Positions 20,567 to 32,173 of a stretch of 64,000 bases of DNA are shown piece by piece. The notes under the pieces were generated by a model. The model was not told the DNA's origin and did not search any database. It was given only the letters and a program-made list of their open reading frames with translations. The stretch covers positions 89,199-153,198 of the forward strand of contig JBQTKG010000027.1 in the NCBI GenBank assembly GCA_052386315.1. Direction: 5' to 3'. A program made the position numbers and the translations under genes. Within the stretch, counting starts at the first letter, position 1; each line of letters opens with the position of its first letter. This DNA is from Hyphomicrobiales bacterium (GTDB lineage Bacteria; Pseudomonadota; Alphaproteobacteria; Rhizobiales; Aestuariivirgaceae).

Positions 20567-21165
20567 GCCTTGACGGTTGCCTGCTGCTGTTGCTGTTGCG
20601 ACATGCGCTTCTGATACATGCCGGCAAAATCGATGGGATCGAGCATCAGGGGCGGGAAGCCGCCGTTGCGCGTGGCATCCGCCAGGATTTGCCGTGCGAA
20701 AGGAAATAGCATGCGCGGACACTCGATCAGCACCGCCGGGTGCAGCATGTTGGGCGGAAAATTCTCCAACCGGAAAGTTCCGGCATAGAGAAGCTCGGCG
20801 GCAAAGATCACCTTGCCCTGCACGGTTGCCTTGGCGTCGAGATGCAGTTCGACTTCGAAATCGCTGGGCGCCAGGTTGCGAGCGTTGACATTGACGGCAA
20901 TGTTGATGTCCGGCTGCGTCTGCTGCGGCGACAGCGACTGCGGAGCGTTGGGATTTTCGAAACTCAGATCCTTGAGATACTGGCCGAGAATGCGCATCGA
21001 CGGTTGCGCGCTGGGCTGCGGTTGCGGCGCCTGGACGATGAGCGGAGCCGCGCCGGCCGAAGTGGCGGTGCTTGGCGATTTCTCAGCCGGATTCTTGTCG
21101 CCGCCATTGACAGCCTTGGCCGGGACCGGCGCCTTCTTCGGTGCGGGCTTCGCAGTCTTTGCCAT
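20563..21165 (-). CDS. secB: Protein export chaperone SecB with long N-terminal extension
   Basis: QYLKDLSFENPNAP, ECPRMLFPFARQI and GGFPPLMLDPIDF motifs. ATG 21165 has a GAG upstream. Confidence 0.93.
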   Translation of the reverse strand: MAKTAKPAPKKAPVPAKAVNGGDKNPAEKSPSTATSAGAAPLIVQAPQPQPSAQPSMRILGQYLKDLSFENPNAPQSLSPQQTQPDINIAVNVNARNLAPSDFEVELHLDAKATVQGKVIFAAELLYAGTFRLENFPPNMLHPAVLIECPRMLFPFARQILADATRNGGFPPLMLDPIDFAGMYQKRMSQQQQQQATVKA

Positions 21166-21234
21166 CTCGGTTATGCCTCTTTGCCGATCTGGCCCGTTCG
21201 CTAACATGAAGGGCCCTGAGCCGCAAGGCAGGGA

Positions 21235-21696
21235 CTAGCCCTCAAGCCGCTCCCGCTTGTCTTCCGGACCGGGAGTGTCCACATTCTCGCCACGAATTTC
21301 GACGGCCTCGGCATCGATGATGAGCCCCGCAGGCCGGTGATGTACGCTGAAAACATTGTGGAAGAAGCCTCCGATCCACCGCTGAACCGGCGGTAGTAGC
21401 AGATACAGACCGGCGGCATCGGAGACAAAGCCAGGAACGATCAGCAACAAGCCCGAGAAGACTCTGAATACTCCGCTGAGGGCCTGGTTCGACTGCGCGG
21501 TATCCGGCCGGGGCGGCTGACGAACGGCCGTAGCAACCGAAATGCCGCCGGTCCGGATCAAGGCGACGCCTGCCACCACGGCGCCGACGATCAACAGCAA
21601 CACCGGTAAAATGCCGATCCACCCTCCAACGACGACGAGGGATGTGATCTCGGCCAGCAATCCGGCCACGAGAATCAGGGGAAAATAACGAATCAT
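21235..21696 (-). CDS. fxsA: FxsA family membrane protein
   Basis: AEITSLVVVGGWIG and LLIVPGFVSD; secB-fxsA/tim44 synteny. Confidence 0.85.
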   Translation of the reverse strand: MIRYFPLILVAGLLAEITSLVVVGGWIGILPVLLLIVGAVVAGVALIRTGGISVATAVRQPPRPDTAQSNQALSGVFRVFSGLLLIVPGFVSDAAGLYLLLPPVQRWIGGFFHNVFSVHHRPAGLIIDAEAVEIRGENVDTPGPEDKRERLEG

Positions 21697-21722
21697 TGTG
21701 GTTTCAATCCGGCCAGTTTCGG

Positions 21723-21750
21723 TTTGGACGCTGCAAGTTCGCTCCTATAT
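21723..21750 (+). promoter_or_regulatory. RpoH-like promoter for tim44-mltA
   Basis: TTTG-N17-CCTATAT; the near-palindromic TATATA may also serve the divergent fxsA. Confidence 0.45.
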
Positions 21751-21812
21751 AAGGGCAGACAAGGTACGGCTGCAATTGTCCAGCCGGGGCCATCGGACTT
21801 CAGATTAGTGGA

Positions 21813-22544
21813 ATGAACCAGGTGTTCGACCCGTTCAACCTCATCATCCTCGCCATTGCGCTCGTTGTATTCTGGCGGCTCAAGTCCGTGCTCGGCAGCC
21901 GGACTGGACACGAGCGGCCGCCATTCGATCCTTATGCGACGGGCCGCAAAAGCGATGCGCCCGCCAGTCCCGATGCCGCCAATGCCAATGTGCTGCGCTT
22001 CCCTAAGGAGGCCGAAACGCCGGAACAGGCCGCGGGCGCGGCGAAAGAAGCCCCGCTTCCGATTTGGGCGGGCTATGCCCCGGAGGGGTCGGCGGCGGCC
22101 CAGGGTCTGGAGCGGCTCGTCAGTGCCGACCCTCAATTCTCGCCGAAGAGTTTCATCGACGGCGCCAAGCTTGCCTATGAAATGATCGTCGACGCCTTTG
22201 CCCGCGGCGACAAAGCGGCACTCAAGGGTCTACTGGCGCGTGAGGTCTATGACGGATTTGCCCGCGCCATTGATGCCCGCGAGGCTGAAGGCCAGAAGCT
22301 CGAGTCCCGCTTTGTCGGCATCGACAAGGCCGAGATCGCCGCTGCCGAACTCACTGGCAAGCGTGCCGGCATCACTGTGAAGTTCGTCAGCGAGTTCATT
22401 TCCGCCACCCTGTCGAAAGCCGGAGCGGTGATCGAGGGCGATCCCAAGCAGGTGCGCGAGATCACCGATGTCTGGACCTTCGAACGCGAAATTGGCTCCC
22501 GCGATCCCAACTGGAAGCTCGCCGCCACCGAAGTGCCGGCGTGA
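21813..22544 (+). CDS. Tim44/TimA family adaptor protein
   Basis: N-terminal TM, RLKSVLGSRTGHE, AYEMIVDAFARGD and DVWTFER...DPNWKLAAT motifs. Confidence 0.9.
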   Translation: MNQVFDPFNLIILAIALVVFWRLKSVLGSRTGHERPPFDPYATGRKSDAPASPDAANANVLRFPKEAETPEQAAGAAKEAPLPIWAGYAPEGSAAAQGLERLVSADPQFSPKSFIDGAKLAYEMIVDAFARGDKAALKGLLAREVYDGFARAIDAREAEGQKLESRFVGIDKAEIAAAELTGKRAGITVKFVSEFISATLSKAGAVIEGDPKQVREITDVWTFEREIGSRDPNWKLAATEVPA

Positions 22545-23713
22545 AGACGAGCGATGCCGGCTGCCTCTTGAGTCTTGCCGCTGCTTTGGTCATGGCTGCA
22601 ACCGTGAAAGCAAATGCCACACAGGTTCTGGAGAAAGTCGATATCGCGGCCATCCACGGCTGGCACGACGACGATCACGGAACCGCCCTTGCGGCCTTCC
22701 AGCGCTCCTGCGCTGAAATCATCGCCGAGGGCCGGGCCTTCCAACGGCCGGTGAGGTTCGGCGGCAGCAGGAGCGAGTGGGTGGCGGTCTGCCGGGCGGC
22801 GGCGGATGCAGCCGCTCCCCGCCGCTTCTTCGAAACCCATTTCGTGGCCCTTAGCGTCCACGATCCCCAGCGCGCCGAGGGCCTGTTTACTGGCTACTAT
22901 GAGCCCGAGGCGAGGGGTAGCCGCACGCCAACGCCCGAATTCCACGTGCCGATCTATCGAAAGCCGGCCGATCTCGTCGCCTTCGACGAGGTGACAGAAA
23001 AGGCGCTCGGTCTCAAATATGGCCGCCTCATCGGTGGCAAGCCCGCCGCCTATTTCACCCGCAGGGACATCGAACAGGGGTCGCTGGCGGGCCGCGGCCT
23101 TGAAATCGCCTGGCTCGCGGATTGGGCCGATGCCTTCTTCATTCACGTCCAGGGATCGGGCCGGGTGCGTCTGCCCGACGGCTCGCTTATGCGGCTTGCC
23201 TATGCCGGCAAGACCGGCCAGCCCTATGCCGGCATCGGTGCACGTCTTGTCGAGCACGGTGTTCTCAGCCGCGAGAACATGTCGATGCAGGCGACCCGCG
23301 CCTGGATGACAGCACATCCGCAGGCCGCGCGCGAGCTGATGTGGGAGAACAAGTCTTTCATTTTCTTCCGCGAGGTCGAGATGGAAGACCCCGCACTCGG
23401 GCCGCCCGGTGCCCAGAAGGTATTATTGACGCCGCGCCGCAGCCTGGCGGTCGATCGCAGCCTGTGGATGTTCGGCACGCCCGTCTGGCTCGACACGATG
23501 ACACCGTCCGGGCCGGGTGGTGCGATGGAGCCGTTCCGGCACCTTATGATTGCCCAGGATACCGGAACGGCGATCAGGGGCCATGCGCGCGGCGATGTGT
23601 TCTGGGGCGCCGGCGAACAGGCGGCCCTTGCCGCCGGCCACATGAAGAGCCCGGGCCGCATGATCGTGCTCCTGCCGCGCGATCTGGCGCGGCGGATTCT
23701 CGACAGCCAATGA
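22541..23713 (+). CDS. mltA: Lytic murein transglycosylase A
   Basis: FTGYYEP, FFIHVQGSG, ENKSFIFF and AQDTGTAIRG...RGDVFWGAG (3D domain). Confidence 0.93.
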   Translation: MKTSDAGCLLSLAAALVMAATVKANATQVLEKVDIAAIHGWHDDDHGTALAAFQRSCAEIIAEGRAFQRPVRFGGSRSEWVAVCRAAADAAAPRRFFETHFVALSVHDPQRAEGLFTGYYEPEARGSRTPTPEFHVPIYRKPADLVAFDEVTEKALGLKYGRLIGGKPAAYFTRRDIEQGSLAGRGLEIAWLADWADAFFIHVQGSGRVRLPDGSLMRLAYAGKTGQPYAGIGARLVEHGVLSRENMSMQATRAWMTAHPQAARELMWENKSFIFFREVEMEDPALGPPGAQKVLLTPRRSLAVDRSLWMFGTPVWLDTMTPSGPGGAMEPFRHLMIAQDTGTAIRGHARGDVFWGAGEQAALAAGHMKSPGRMIVLLPRDLARRILDSQ

Positions 23714-24276
23714 TTCGCAAGCTGCCCGATTTTGAATTGTGGTCCGAAGTGGCGAAGTCGGTGAAACCATTGCGCCGCCGGGGAACGAAGAAGGCGTCAC
23801 TGGCAACGGCCGTGGAAGGGCCGAGACCCACGCCAAAAATTTCCGCACCGCATAGCCACATTCCGCGTGCCGTGGCGAAGCTGCCGCCGCCGATCACCGG
23901 GTTCGACCGCCGCACGGCGCAGAAGCTAACCCGCGGCAACGTCGACATCGAATCGCGTTTTGATCTGCACGGCACTGGCGTGGAAATAGCGCGGGTCAGG
24001 CTCTTGCAGTTTCTGCGCCAGTCTCAGGCGCAGGGGCAGCGTACGGTTTTGGTCATCACCGGCAAGGGCGAATCGCCCTATGCCCGCCACACGCTACATG
24101 GATCAAGCCACTTTCATGCGCCGGAGCGGCAAGGCCGCCTGCGCCGCCTGGTGCCGGAATGGCTGCATGAAGCGGAGTTCCGCTCGCTGGTCTCCGGCTT
24201 CCAGCCGGCGCATCCCAAGCATGGCGGGGGCGGGGCGTACTATGTTCGAATGCGGAGGACGCGGGAGCGATCATGA
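23710..24276 (+). CDS. Smr/MutS2 C-terminal domain protein
   Basis: FDLHG, VLVITGKG and HGGGGAYYV motifs. ATG 23710 overlaps the mltA stop. Confidence 0.9.
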   Translation: MIRKLPDFELWSEVAKSVKPLRRRGTKKASLATAVEGPRPTPKISAPHSHIPRAVAKLPPPITGFDRRTAQKLTRGNVDIESRFDLHGTGVEIARVRLLQFLRQSQAQGQRTVLVITGKGESPYARHTLHGSSHFHAPERQGRLRRLVPEWLHEAEFRSLVSGFQPAHPKHGGGGAYYVRMRRTRERS

Positions 24277-24644
24277 CTCCCTTCGGCGAACGCCTGCGCA
24301 AACTCCGGGCCGAACGCGGTGTCACGCTCACGGCCTTGGCCGAGGCGGTCGGAGTATCTCCCGCCTATCTCTCGGCGCTTGAACATGGCAAGCGCGGCCG
24401 CCCCGGCTGGCATCTCATCCAGCGCATCATTACTTATTTCAACATCATCTGGGACGAGGCCGAGGAGGTGGTGCGCTTGGCGCGCATTTCGCATCCGCGC
24501 ATCGTGATCGATACGTCGGGGCTCGATCCGAAGGCCACCGCGTTGGCCAACCGGCTTGCCGACGATATTGGCAGGTTGGATGCTGGCTCGCTTGCCGAAC
24601 TGTTGGCCGTTCTCGACCGCCGCAAGCCGAAACTTAAAGGATGA
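24273..24644 (+). CDS. XRE-family HTH transcriptional regulator
   Basis: [12 protein letters not shown]...[15 protein letters not shown]...[12 protein letters not shown]. Confidence 0.88.
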   Translation: MTPFGERLRKLRAERGVTLTALAEAVGVSPAYLSALEHGKRGRPGWHLIQRIITYFNIIWDEAEEVVRLARISHPRIVIDTSGLDPKATALANRLADDIGRLDAGSLAELLAVLDRRKPKLKG

Positions 24645-25938
24645 ACTTCGACAGATCGGCGTTCCTGGCGAGATCGCCCACATGCTTGTCCACATAGGCC
24701 GCATCGATCCTGACGGATTCACCGGAACGGTCGGTGGCGGCGAAGCTCACGTCATCGAGCACCCGCTCAAGAACCGTCTGCAGCCGCCGTGCCCCGATAT
24801 TCTCAATCGCCGCATTGGTCTCCGCCGCAATCCCGGCGATCGCCGCGATGCCGTCCTCGGTGAATTCGAGAGTGACACCTTCGGTCGCCAGCAGCGCCTT
24901 GTATTGCTTGATCAGGCTCGCCTCCGGCTCGGTCAGGATGCGCTTGAAGTCGTCCCTGCCTAGGGCCTTGAGCTCGACGCGGATCGGAAGCCGTCCCTGG
25001 AGCTCCGGCAACAGGTCGGATGGCTTGGCAAGATGGAAGGCGCCCGAGGCGATGAACAGGATGTGGTCGGTCTTGACCGGTCCGTGCTTGGTTGAAACGG
25101 TCGTGCCCTCAATGAGGGGCAGAAGGTCGCGCTGCACGCCCTCCCGGCTGACATCGGCGCCTTGGCGCTCGGAACGGGCGCAAATCTTGTCGATCTCGTC
25201 GAGAAACACGATGCCGTTGTTCTCGACCGAGTCGATCGCCTCCTGCACGATCTGTTCCTGATCGAGCAGCTTGTCGCTTTCCTCCGCCAGCAGCAGCTCG
25301 TGGCTGGCCTTGACGCTCATGCGCCGCGATTTGGTGCGGCCGCCGAAGGCCTTGCCCAGCATGTCGGAGAGATTGATGACGCTGGCCGAGGAACCCGGCA
25401 TTCCGGGAATGTCGAAACTCGGGAAGCCGCCTGTATCGGCCACTTGGATTTCGATCTCCTTTTCATCGAGATCGCCGGCCTGCAGTTTCTTGCGGAAACT
25501 CTCGCGCGTCGCTTCCGAGGCATTGGCGCCCACCAGCGCCTCGACCACCCGGGCCTCGGCATTGAGCTGCGCCTGGACCTCCACGCCCTTGCGCCGCGCC
25601 GTCTTGACCATGCCGATCCCCGATTCCAAAAGATCGCGGATCATCTGGTCGACGTCGCGCCCGACATAGCCCACCTCGGTGAATTTCGTCGCCTCCACCT
25701 TGATGAAGGGTGCATTGGCGAGCCGGGCGAGGCGCCGGGCGATCTCGGTCTTGCCGACGCCGGTGGGTCCGATCATCAGGATGTTCTTCGGCATCACCTC
25801 TTCGCGCAAAGCACCCTCGAGTTGCTTGCGCCGCCAGCGGTTGCGCAGCGCAATCGCCACGGCACGCTTGGCGTCGGTCTGGCCGACGATGTAGCGATCG
25901 AGTTCGGAAACGATCTCGCGGGGTGAAAAATCGTTCAT
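24634..25938 (-). CDS. hslU: ATP-dependent protease ATPase subunit HslU
   Basis: [31 protein letters not shown] and [10 protein letters not shown] motifs. Confidence 0.97.
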   Translation of the reverse strand: MNDFSPREIVSELDRYIVGQTDAKRAVAIALRNRWRRKQLEGALREEVMPKNILMIGPTGVGKTEIARRLARLANAPFIKVEATKFTEVGYVGRDVDQMIRDLLESGIGMVKTARRKGVEVQAQLNAEARVVEALVGANASEATRESFRKKLQAGDLDEKEIEIQVADTGGFPSFDIPGMPGSSASVINLSDMLGKAFGGRTKSRRMSVKASHELLLAEESDKLLDQEQIVQEAIDSVENNGIVFLDEIDKICARSERQGADVSREGVQRDLLPLIEGTTVSTKHGPVKTDHILFIASGAFHLAKPSDLLPELQGRLPIRVELKALGRDDFKRILTEPEASLIKQYKALLATEGVTLEFTEDGIAAIAGIAAETNAAIENIGARRLQTVLERVLDDVSFAATDRSGESVRIDAAYVDKHVGDLARNADLSKFIL

Positions 25939-26477
25939 TCGAGGCTTTCGAGCGTGACGTTGGTGTTGGTATAGACGCAGATTTCGGCGGCGATCGCCAT
26001 GGCCTTGCGGGCGATCGCCTCGGCGTCCATCTCGGTATCGATCAGCGCCCGCGCCGCGGCGAGCGCGTAGTTGCCGCCGGCGCCAATGGCAGTGACGCCG
26101 CGTTCCGGCTCCAGCACGTCGCCGGTGCCGGTGAGCACCAGGCTGACGGTTCGGTCGGCAACGATCATCATGGCTTCCAGCCGGCGCAGATAGCGGTCGG
26201 TGCGCCAGTCCTTGGCCATGTCGACGCAGGCGCGGGTGAGCTGGGTCGGATATTGCTCGAGCTTGGCTTCCAGCCGTTCGAACAGTGTCATGGCATCCGC
26301 CGTGGCTCCGGCAAATCCGGCGATCACCTGACCGCCGCCCAAGGGCCTCACCTTCCTGGCATTGCCCTTGATGACCGTCTGGCCGAGACTCACCTGCCCG
26401 TCCCCGGCGATTACCACCTTTCCGCCCTTGCGGACCGTCAGGATGGTGGTTCCGTGCCATTGCAGCGGTTCGCTCAT
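25935..26477 (-). CDS. hslV: ATP-dependent protease peptidase subunit HslV
   Basis: [18 protein letters not shown] and [12 protein letters not shown] motifs. Confidence 0.97.
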   Translation of the reverse strand: MSEPLQWHGTTILTVRKGGKVVIAGDGQVSLGQTVIKGNARKVRPLGGGQVIAGFAGATADAMTLFERLEAKLEQYPTQLTRACVDMAKDWRTDRYLRRLEAMMIVADRTVSLVLTGTGDVLEPERGVTAIGAGGNYALAAARALIDTEMDAEAIARKAMAIAAEICVYTNTNVTLESLE

Positions 26478-26504
26478 GAGAGTCCCTCTTCAAAGCCCCG
26501 CCTC

Positions 26505-26533
26505 ATGTAAGCCGCGTTCACCGGAAAGAAAAG
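26505..26533 (-). promoter_or_regulatory. RpoH-like promoter of hslVU
   Basis: Minus strand CTTT-N18-CTTACAT. Confidence 0.5.
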
Positions 26534-26605
26534 CCGCCCTTGGCCAATTCTTGCTGCATCTGCTAAGAGGCGGCCCGAAACCGCGATCACCGCGGGGAGG
26601 GACCC

Positions 26606-27199
26606 ATGCGCAAGGCCGCGATCGACCGCAAGACCACCGAAACGGAAGTTTCCGTGTCTGTCGATCTCGACGGAAGCGGCGACTATGACGTAAAGACAGG
26701 CGTTGGCTTTCTCGACCACATGCTGGAGCAATTGGCCCGTCATTCGCTGATCGACATTAAGCTCCGCGCCAAGGGTGACACCCATATCGATTTCCACCAT
26801 ACGACGGAAGATAGCGGCATCGCGCTGGGCCAGGCCATCGCCAAGGCCCTGAGTAATCGCACGGGCATCCGCCGCTACGCCAGCCTGCATCTACCCATGG
26901 ACGAGACCTTGAGCCGCGCGGCAATCGACTTGTCTGGCCGGCCCTATCTGGTCTGGAAAGTCGCCTTCTCGCGCCCCAGGATCGGCAACTTCGACACGGA
27001 ACTCGTGCGCGAATGGTTCCAGGCTTTCGTCATGAATTCCGGTATCACGCTGCACATCGAAACGCTCTACGGCGACAACAACCACCACATCGCCGAATCC
27101 TGTTTCAAGGCGCTGGCGCGGGCCCTGCGCGAGGCGATCGAGATTGACCCACGCCAGAAGGACCGAATCCCTTCGACCAAGGAATCGCTCGAAGGCTGA
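26606..27199 (+). CDS. hisB: Imidazoleglycerol-phosphate dehydratase
   Basis: GFLDHML, HHTTED, PMDE and [11 protein letters not shown] motifs. Confidence 0.96.
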   Translation: MRKAAIDRKTTETEVSVSVDLDGSGDYDVKTGVGFLDHMLEQLARHSLIDIKLRAKGDTHIDFHHTTEDSGIALGQAIAKALSNRTGIRRYASLHLPMDETLSRAAIDLSGRPYLVWKVAFSRPRIGNFDTELVREWFQAFVMNSGITLHIETLYGDNNHHIAESCFKALARALREAIEIDPRQKDRIPSTKESLEG

Positions 27200-27648
27200 T
27201 GGCCATCTTTTCGGTTCATAACCGCCCGGCGGCCCGCCTAGACGATGCCATCTTTGTGAAGGATGGCTTCGCCTGGCCCGCCGTCGTTTTCACGCTTCTC
27301 TGGACCCTCTGGCACCGCATGTGGATCGTGGCGGCAATCGTCTTCTCGGCTACTGCCGCCGTCGCGGCGCTCGCATCGTGGCTTGGGCTGGGCGATGCGC
27401 CGGTCAATCTCGCAAGCCTCGCGGTCGGCCTCATTCTCGGCTTCGAAGGCAACGATCTGCGGCGCCGGTCGCTGGCGCGGCAAGGCTACGAGGAACTTGG
27501 CCTGGCGCCGGGCCGCGATCTCGATGAGGCGGAGCTGCGCTTTTTTGCGGCGCAAGCGCCGTTTCAGCCTTCGGCCTCGAACGCTGTGCCGCCGAAGCTG
27601 CGGCCCGATGGTCACGAACCGCTCGGCCTCTTCGGAACCGCCGGATAG
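27199..27648 (+). CDS. DUF2628 membrane protein
   Basis: [15 protein letters not shown] and AELRFF; typical position between hisB and hisH. Confidence 0.8.
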   Translation: MAIFSVHNRPAARLDDAIFVKDGFAWPAVVFTLLWTLWHRMWIVAAIVFSATAAVAALASWLGLGDAPVNLASLAVGLILGFEGNDLRRRSLARQGYEELGLAPGRDLDEAELRFFAAQAPFQPSASNAVPPKLRPDGHEPLGLFGTAG

Positions 27649-27652
27649 TCTT

Positions 27653-28303
27653 ATGAGCGTCGCCATCATCGACTATGGCTCCGGCAATCTGCATTCCGCC
27701 GCCAAGGCCTTCGAGCGCGCCGCCCGTGATGCCGGAGTCGCCACATCGATTGCCGTCACCGCCGATCCCGATTCAGTGCGTAGGGCCGAACGCATCGTGT
27801 TGCCCGGCGTCGGCGCCTTCAACGATTGCCGCAACGGGCTGAAATCGGTTGCCGGCATGTGGGAAACTCTCGAGGAAGAGGCAATGAAACGAGCCAAACC
27901 CTTCCTCGGCATCTGCGTCGGCATGCAGCTGATGGCGGAGCGCGGCCTCGAGCACGATGTGTCGGAAGGCTTTGGGTGGATTCCCGGCGACGTGAAGCGG
28001 ATCGAGCCTGCCGATCCCGCCCTCAAGATTCCGCACATGGGCTGGAACACGCTCGACATGATGCGGCCGCACCCGCTGCTCGGCGGCCTCTCCCTCGGCG
28101 CGCAAGGCCTCCATGCCTATTTCGTTCATTCCTATCACCTCGCCGCCGCCGATCCGGCGACCGTCATCGCCACTTCGCCCTATGGCATGGCGATCACCGC
28201 CATCGTGGGCCGGGGCAACATTGCCGGAACCCAGTTCCATCCCGAGAAGAGCCAGACGCTCGGTCTCGCCCTCATCGCCAACTTCCTGCGCTGGCGGCCA
28301 TGA
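27653..28303 (+). CDS. hisH: IGP synthase glutamine amidotransferase subunit
   Basis: [23 protein letters not shown] and QFHPEKS motifs. Confidence 0.96.
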   Translation: MSVAIIDYGSGNLHSAAKAFERAARDAGVATSIAVTADPDSVRRAERIVLPGVGAFNDCRNGLKSVAGMWETLEEEAMKRAKPFLGICVGMQLMAERGLEHDVSEGFGWIPGDVKRIEPADPALKIPHMGWNTLDMMRPHPLLGGLSLGAQGLHAYFVHSYHLAAADPATVIATSPYGMAITAIVGRGNIAGTQFHPEKSQTLGLALIANFLRWRP

Positions 28304-29031
28304 TCCTGTTTCCCGCCATCGACCTGAAAGACGGCCAATGCGTGCGCCTCAAATTGGGCGACATGGCGCAGGCTACGGTTTTCAATGACGATCCCGCCGC
28401 CCAGGCTCTGGCGTTCGAGAGACAGGGCTTTGAATGGCTGCATCTGGTCGATCTCAACGGCGCCTTCGCCGGCAGACCGGTGAACGGTGCGGCAGTAGAG
28501 GCGATACTGAACAGGATCACTATCCCGGTCCAGTTGGGCGGCGGCATCCGCAATCTGGCACGGATCGAGGATTGGTTGGCGAAGGGAATCCGCCGCATCA
28601 TTCTCGGGACTTTGGCGCTCCGCAATCTCCACATCGTCAAGGAAGCCTGTAGGAAATTTCCGGGCCAGATCGCCGTCGGCATCGACGCCAAGGCCGGCCA
28701 CGTTGCCGTCGAGGGCTGGGCCGAGACCTCCAGTCTCACCGCCATCGATCTGGCGCGGCGCTTCGAGGATGCGGGCGTCGCCGCCGTCGTTTTCACCGAC
28801 ATCGACCGCGATGGCGCCCTGAAGGGCCTCAATATCGCCTCGACTCTCGCTTTAGCCCGTGTCGTGAAGATTCCGGTGATCGCCTCGGGTGGCCTGGCCT
28901 CGATCGACGATATCCGGCGCCTGCTTGAGCCCGATTGCGCCATTCTCGAGGGTGCCATCTCCGGCCGCGCCCTTTATGACGGCCGCCTCGATGCCGGCGC
29001 GGCGCTGCGTCTCATCCGCGAGGCTGCGTGA
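28300..29031 (+). CDS. hisA: ProFAR isomerase
   Basis: [25 protein letters not shown] and FTDIDRDG motifs. Confidence 0.96.
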   Translation: MILFPAIDLKDGQCVRLKLGDMAQATVFNDDPAAQALAFERQGFEWLHLVDLNGAFAGRPVNGAAVEAILNRITIPVQLGGGIRNLARIEDWLAKGIRRIILGTLALRNLHIVKEACRKFPGQIAVGIDAKAGHVAVEGWAETSSLTAIDLARRFEDAGVAAVVFTDIDRDGALKGLNIASTLALARVVKIPVIASGGLASIDDIRRLLEPDCAILEGAISGRALYDGRLDAGAALRLIREAA

Positions 29032-29792
29032 TGCTGAAGGCCCGCCTCATTCCCTGTCTCGATGTCAAGGATGGGCGCGTCGTCAAGGGCGTCAGGTTCA
29101 TGAACTTGCGCGATGCCGGAGACCCGGTCGAAATCGCCAAGGCCTATGATGCGGCGGGCGCCGACGAATTGTGCTTCCTTGATATCACCGCGACACACGA
29201 AAACCGTGGCATCATCTTCGACATAGTGGCGCATACGGCGGAAGCCTGCTTCATGCCCTTGACGGTGGGTGGCGGCGTTCGCACCCTCGACGATGTTCGC
29301 AAGCTCCTGCTTTCCGGCGCCGACAAAGTCTCGATCAATTCCGCTGCTGTCGCCGACCGCCAGTTCGTGCGCCAGGCAGCGGAAAAATTCGGCAGCCAGT
29401 GCGTCGTTGTCGCCATCGATGCGAAATCGGTTGGCCGCGGAAATTGGCAAGTCTTTACGCATGGCGGCAGGAGGCCGACGGGCCTCGACGCGGTCGAATA
29501 TGCCCGCCAGGTGGTTGCTCTCGGTGCCGGCGAGATCTTGCTGACCTCCATGGATCGCGACGGCACCGGCGCAGGCTTTGATATATCCCTGACGCGATCC
29601 ATCGCCGATGCCGTCACCGTGCCGGTCATCGCCTCGGGCGGCGTAGGCAATCTCGATCATCTGGTCGAAGGCATCCGTGACGGTCATGCGACCGCTGTTC
29701 TCGCCGCTTCGATCTTTCATTTCGGCACCCATTCGATCGCCGAAGCGAAACGGCATATGGCCGGCCATGGTGTGCCGGTGCGGCTGTGCTAA
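29031..29792 (+). CDS. hisF: IGP synthase cyclase subunit
   Basis: [27 protein letters not shown] and [11 protein letters not shown] motifs. Confidence 0.97.
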   Translation: MLKARLIPCLDVKDGRVVKGVRFMNLRDAGDPVEIAKAYDAAGADELCFLDITATHENRGIIFDIVAHTAEACFMPLTVGGGVRTLDDVRKLLLSGADKVSINSAAVADRQFVRQAAEKFGSQCVVVAIDAKSVGRGNWQVFTHGGRRPTGLDAVEYARQVVALGAGEILLTSMDRDGTGAGFDISLTRSIADAVTVPVIASGGVGNLDHLVEGIRDGHATAVLAASIFHFGTHSIAEAKRHMAGHGVPVRLC

Positions 29793-29813
29793 ACAGGGCG
29801 AAGGGCGTGGACG

Positions 29814-30146
29814 ATGGCTGAACACAGACTGCACATTCTTGCGGAACTTGCCGATGCCGTGGCAAGCCGCCGCGCCGCGCCGCCGGATCAATCCTATACC
29901 GCAAAACTCCTATCCCAGGGCATCGCGAAATGCGCCAAGAAGTTTGGCGAGGAAGCGGTTGAGGCGGCACTCGCTGCCGTCGCAGGCGACAAACCCCATA
30001 TGACCGCCGAGGCGGCCGATGTGTTTTATCACCTGCTCGTCCTGCTCGAAGCCGTGAATATTCCGCTCGCCGACGTGATGGGGGAACTGGAGCGCCGCAA
30101 GGGCGTGAGCGGCATCGCCGAGAAATCCGCGCGCAAGCAGGTCTGA
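29814..30146 (+). CDS. hisE: Phosphoribosyl-ATP diphosphatase
   Basis: [15 protein letters not shown] and EAADVFYH motifs. Confidence 0.95.
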   Translation: MAEHRLHILAELADAVASRRAAPPDQSYTAKLLSQGIAKCAKKFGEEAVEAALAAVAGDKPHMTAEAADVFYHLLVLLEAVNIPLADVMGELERRKGVSGIAEKSARKQV

Positions 30147-30148
30147 CG

Positions 30149-31099
30149 ATGGAAGAGCTGGCCAAGGAAGTCTCTCCCTTCCGCCGTTTCGCGCGCGAGG
30201 AATGGGCGGCGCTGCGGGCCGACACGCCCATGACGCTGACCCAGGCCGATCTCGATGAACTGCGCGGCCTCAACGACCGCATCGATCTCGCCGAAGTCGA
30301 GGCGATTTACTTGCCGCTCTCAAGGCTCCTCAATCTCTATGTGGCGGCCACCCAGGGCTTGTTTCGCGCCACCAACAATTTTCTGCACATCGCCGACCGC
30401 AAGGTTCCCTACGTCATCGGCATGGCCGGCAGCGTGGCGGTGGGCAAGAGCACTACCGCTCGCATTTTGCAGCGTCTTCTGGCGCGTTGGCCCAAGCATC
30501 CCAAGGTCGATCTGGTGACGACCGACGGCTTCCTTCTGCCCAACGCAGTGCTCGAGCGTGAAGGCCTGGTGAACCGCAAGGGCTTTCCGGAAAGCTACGA
30601 TCTGCCGGCGATCCTGCGCTTCATGTCGGACATCAAGGCCGGTGAGCGCCATGTGACCGCACCAGTCTATTCGCATCTGACCTATGATGTCCTCAAGGAC
30701 GAGCATATCGCCATCGATCAGCCCGACATTCTGATCGTCGAAGGCCTCAACGTGTTGCAGACCGGACGCCCGCCGCGCGACGGCCGCGGAATTCCCAACG
30801 TCTCCGACTTCTTCGATTTCTCGATCTATATCGACGCCGACATCGAAGACCTGCGCAAATGGTACATCGACCGCTTCTTCTCGCTGCGCGACGGCGCCTT
30901 CAAGAATCCGAAATCCTATTTCCACCGCTACGCGGCGCTCACCGACCGCGAGGCCCACGAAACCGCCACCCGCATCTGGGAGACGATCAACCTGGTGAAT
31001 CTGCGCGAAAATCTCCTGCCGACCCGGCCGCGTGCCGACCTTGTCCTGCGCAAGGGTGCGGATCATTTCGTCCGCAGCGTCTTCCTGAGGAAATTATAG
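30149..31099 (+). CDS. coaA: Type I pantothenate kinase
   Basis: [22 protein letters not shown] and VEGLNVLQ motifs. Confidence 0.96.
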   Translation: MEELAKEVSPFRRFAREEWAALRADTPMTLTQADLDELRGLNDRIDLAEVEAIYLPLSRLLNLYVAATQGLFRATNNFLHIADRKVPYVIGMAGSVAVGKSTTARILQRLLARWPKHPKVDLVTTDGFLLPNAVLEREGLVNRKGFPESYDLPAILRFMSDIKAGERHVTAPVYSHLTYDVLKDEHIAIDQPDILIVEGLNVLQTGRPPRDGRGIPNVSDFFDFSIYIDADIEDLRKWYIDRFFSLRDGAFKNPKSYFHRYAALTDREAHETATRIWETINLVNLRENLLPTRPRADLVLRKGADHFVRSVFLRKL

Positions 31100-32089
31100 C
31101 AGACCCAATGCGGTCGCATGGGCCTTGAGTCCGGCTTCGGGCCGCGCACCGATGTGGGAGATCACTTCGGCCGCGGCGAGGGCGCCAAGCTGGGCGCAGT
31201 GCGGCAAGGATTTTCCATTGGTAAAGCCGAAGAGAAACCCCGCGGCGAACAGGTCGCCCGCACCGGTGACATCGACGACCTTGTTGACCGGATAGGCGGG
31301 CGCCGCATGCATTTCCTCGCCCCTTGCCACGACGCAGCCCGCCGCCGACCGGGTGAGGACCGCGATGGCGCAGTCGCGCCGGATCGCCTGTAGGGCGCCA
31401 TCGAAATTCTGCGTCTGATAAAGGGATTTGATTTCCGTCTCGTTGGCGAACACGATGTCGATGTCGTGGCGGATCAGATCGAGAAAACTGTCGCGATGCC
31501 GTTCGACGCAGAAAGAGTCCGACAGCGTGATCGACGTCATCCGCCCGGCCTTGCGGGCGATCTTTGCCGCCAGCTTGAAGGCATCCTTGGCTGTCGGCTT
31601 GTCCCACAGATAGCCCTCCATGTAGGTGACCTGTGCCGCCGAGACGACCGCGGCATCGATGTCGGCGGTGGCAAGGTTCACAGAGGCGCCGAGATAGGTA
31701 TTCATGGTGCGCTCGCCTTCCGGCGTCACGAGAATGAAGGAGCGTGCCGTGGCCGGGCCGTTCTTGGCCGCGGCGGAATCGAAGCGCACGCCCTGGGCCC
31801 GCATGTCGTGGCGGTAGACTTCGCCCAGCTGATCGTCCTTCACCTTGCCGAAAAAGGCGGCCCTGCCGCCGAAGGAGGCAACCCCGGCGACGGTATTTCC
31901 CGCCGAGCCCCCGGAGATTTCGATGGCCGGTCCCATGTCGCCGTAAAGTTCGACGGCGCGCGATTCGTCGATCAGATTCATCGAGCCCTTGACCAGCTCG
32001 TGCCTGGCGATGAAGGCATCGTCCACCCGCGCGATCACGTCGACGATGGCGTTCCCAATGCCGAGAACGTCGTAGTCTGCCTTCGTCAT
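31094..32089 (-). CDS. Adenosine kinase (PfkB family)
   Basis: [27 protein letters not shown] and [12 protein letters not shown] motifs. Confidence 0.9.
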   Translation of the reverse strand: MTKADYDVLGIGNAIVDVIARVDDAFIARHELVKGSMNLIDESRAVELYGDMGPAIEISGGSAGNTVAGVASFGGRAAFFGKVKDDQLGEVYRHDMRAQGVRFDSAAAKNGPATARSFILVTPEGERTMNTYLGASVNLATADIDAAVVSAAQVTYMEGYLWDKPTAKDAFKLAAKIARKAGRMTSITLSDSFCVERHRDSFLDLIRHDIDIVFANETEIKSLYQTQNFDGALQAIRRDCAIAVLTRSAAGCVVARGEEMHAAPAYPVNKVVDVTGAGDLFAAGFLFGFTNGKSLPHCAQLGALAAAEVISHIGARPEAGLKAHATALGLL

Positions 32090-32173
32090 GGATGCCCCTG
32101 CATGGCCTTGCTCCGTTTGCCCCTAGCGGAAGCCCCTTGCACTGGCAAGCCGCGGCGGTAACCTGAGCGGCCC

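Noticed and set aside
24634-26493. Apparent N-terminal extensions or fusions in the ORF track (hslU 619 aa, gpmA 448 aa, smr 384 aa, hisH, hisA, dnaQ)
   Set aside because: Extensions are off-frame read-through of the upstream genes; canonical starts with ATGA-type overlaps or short spacers are present.
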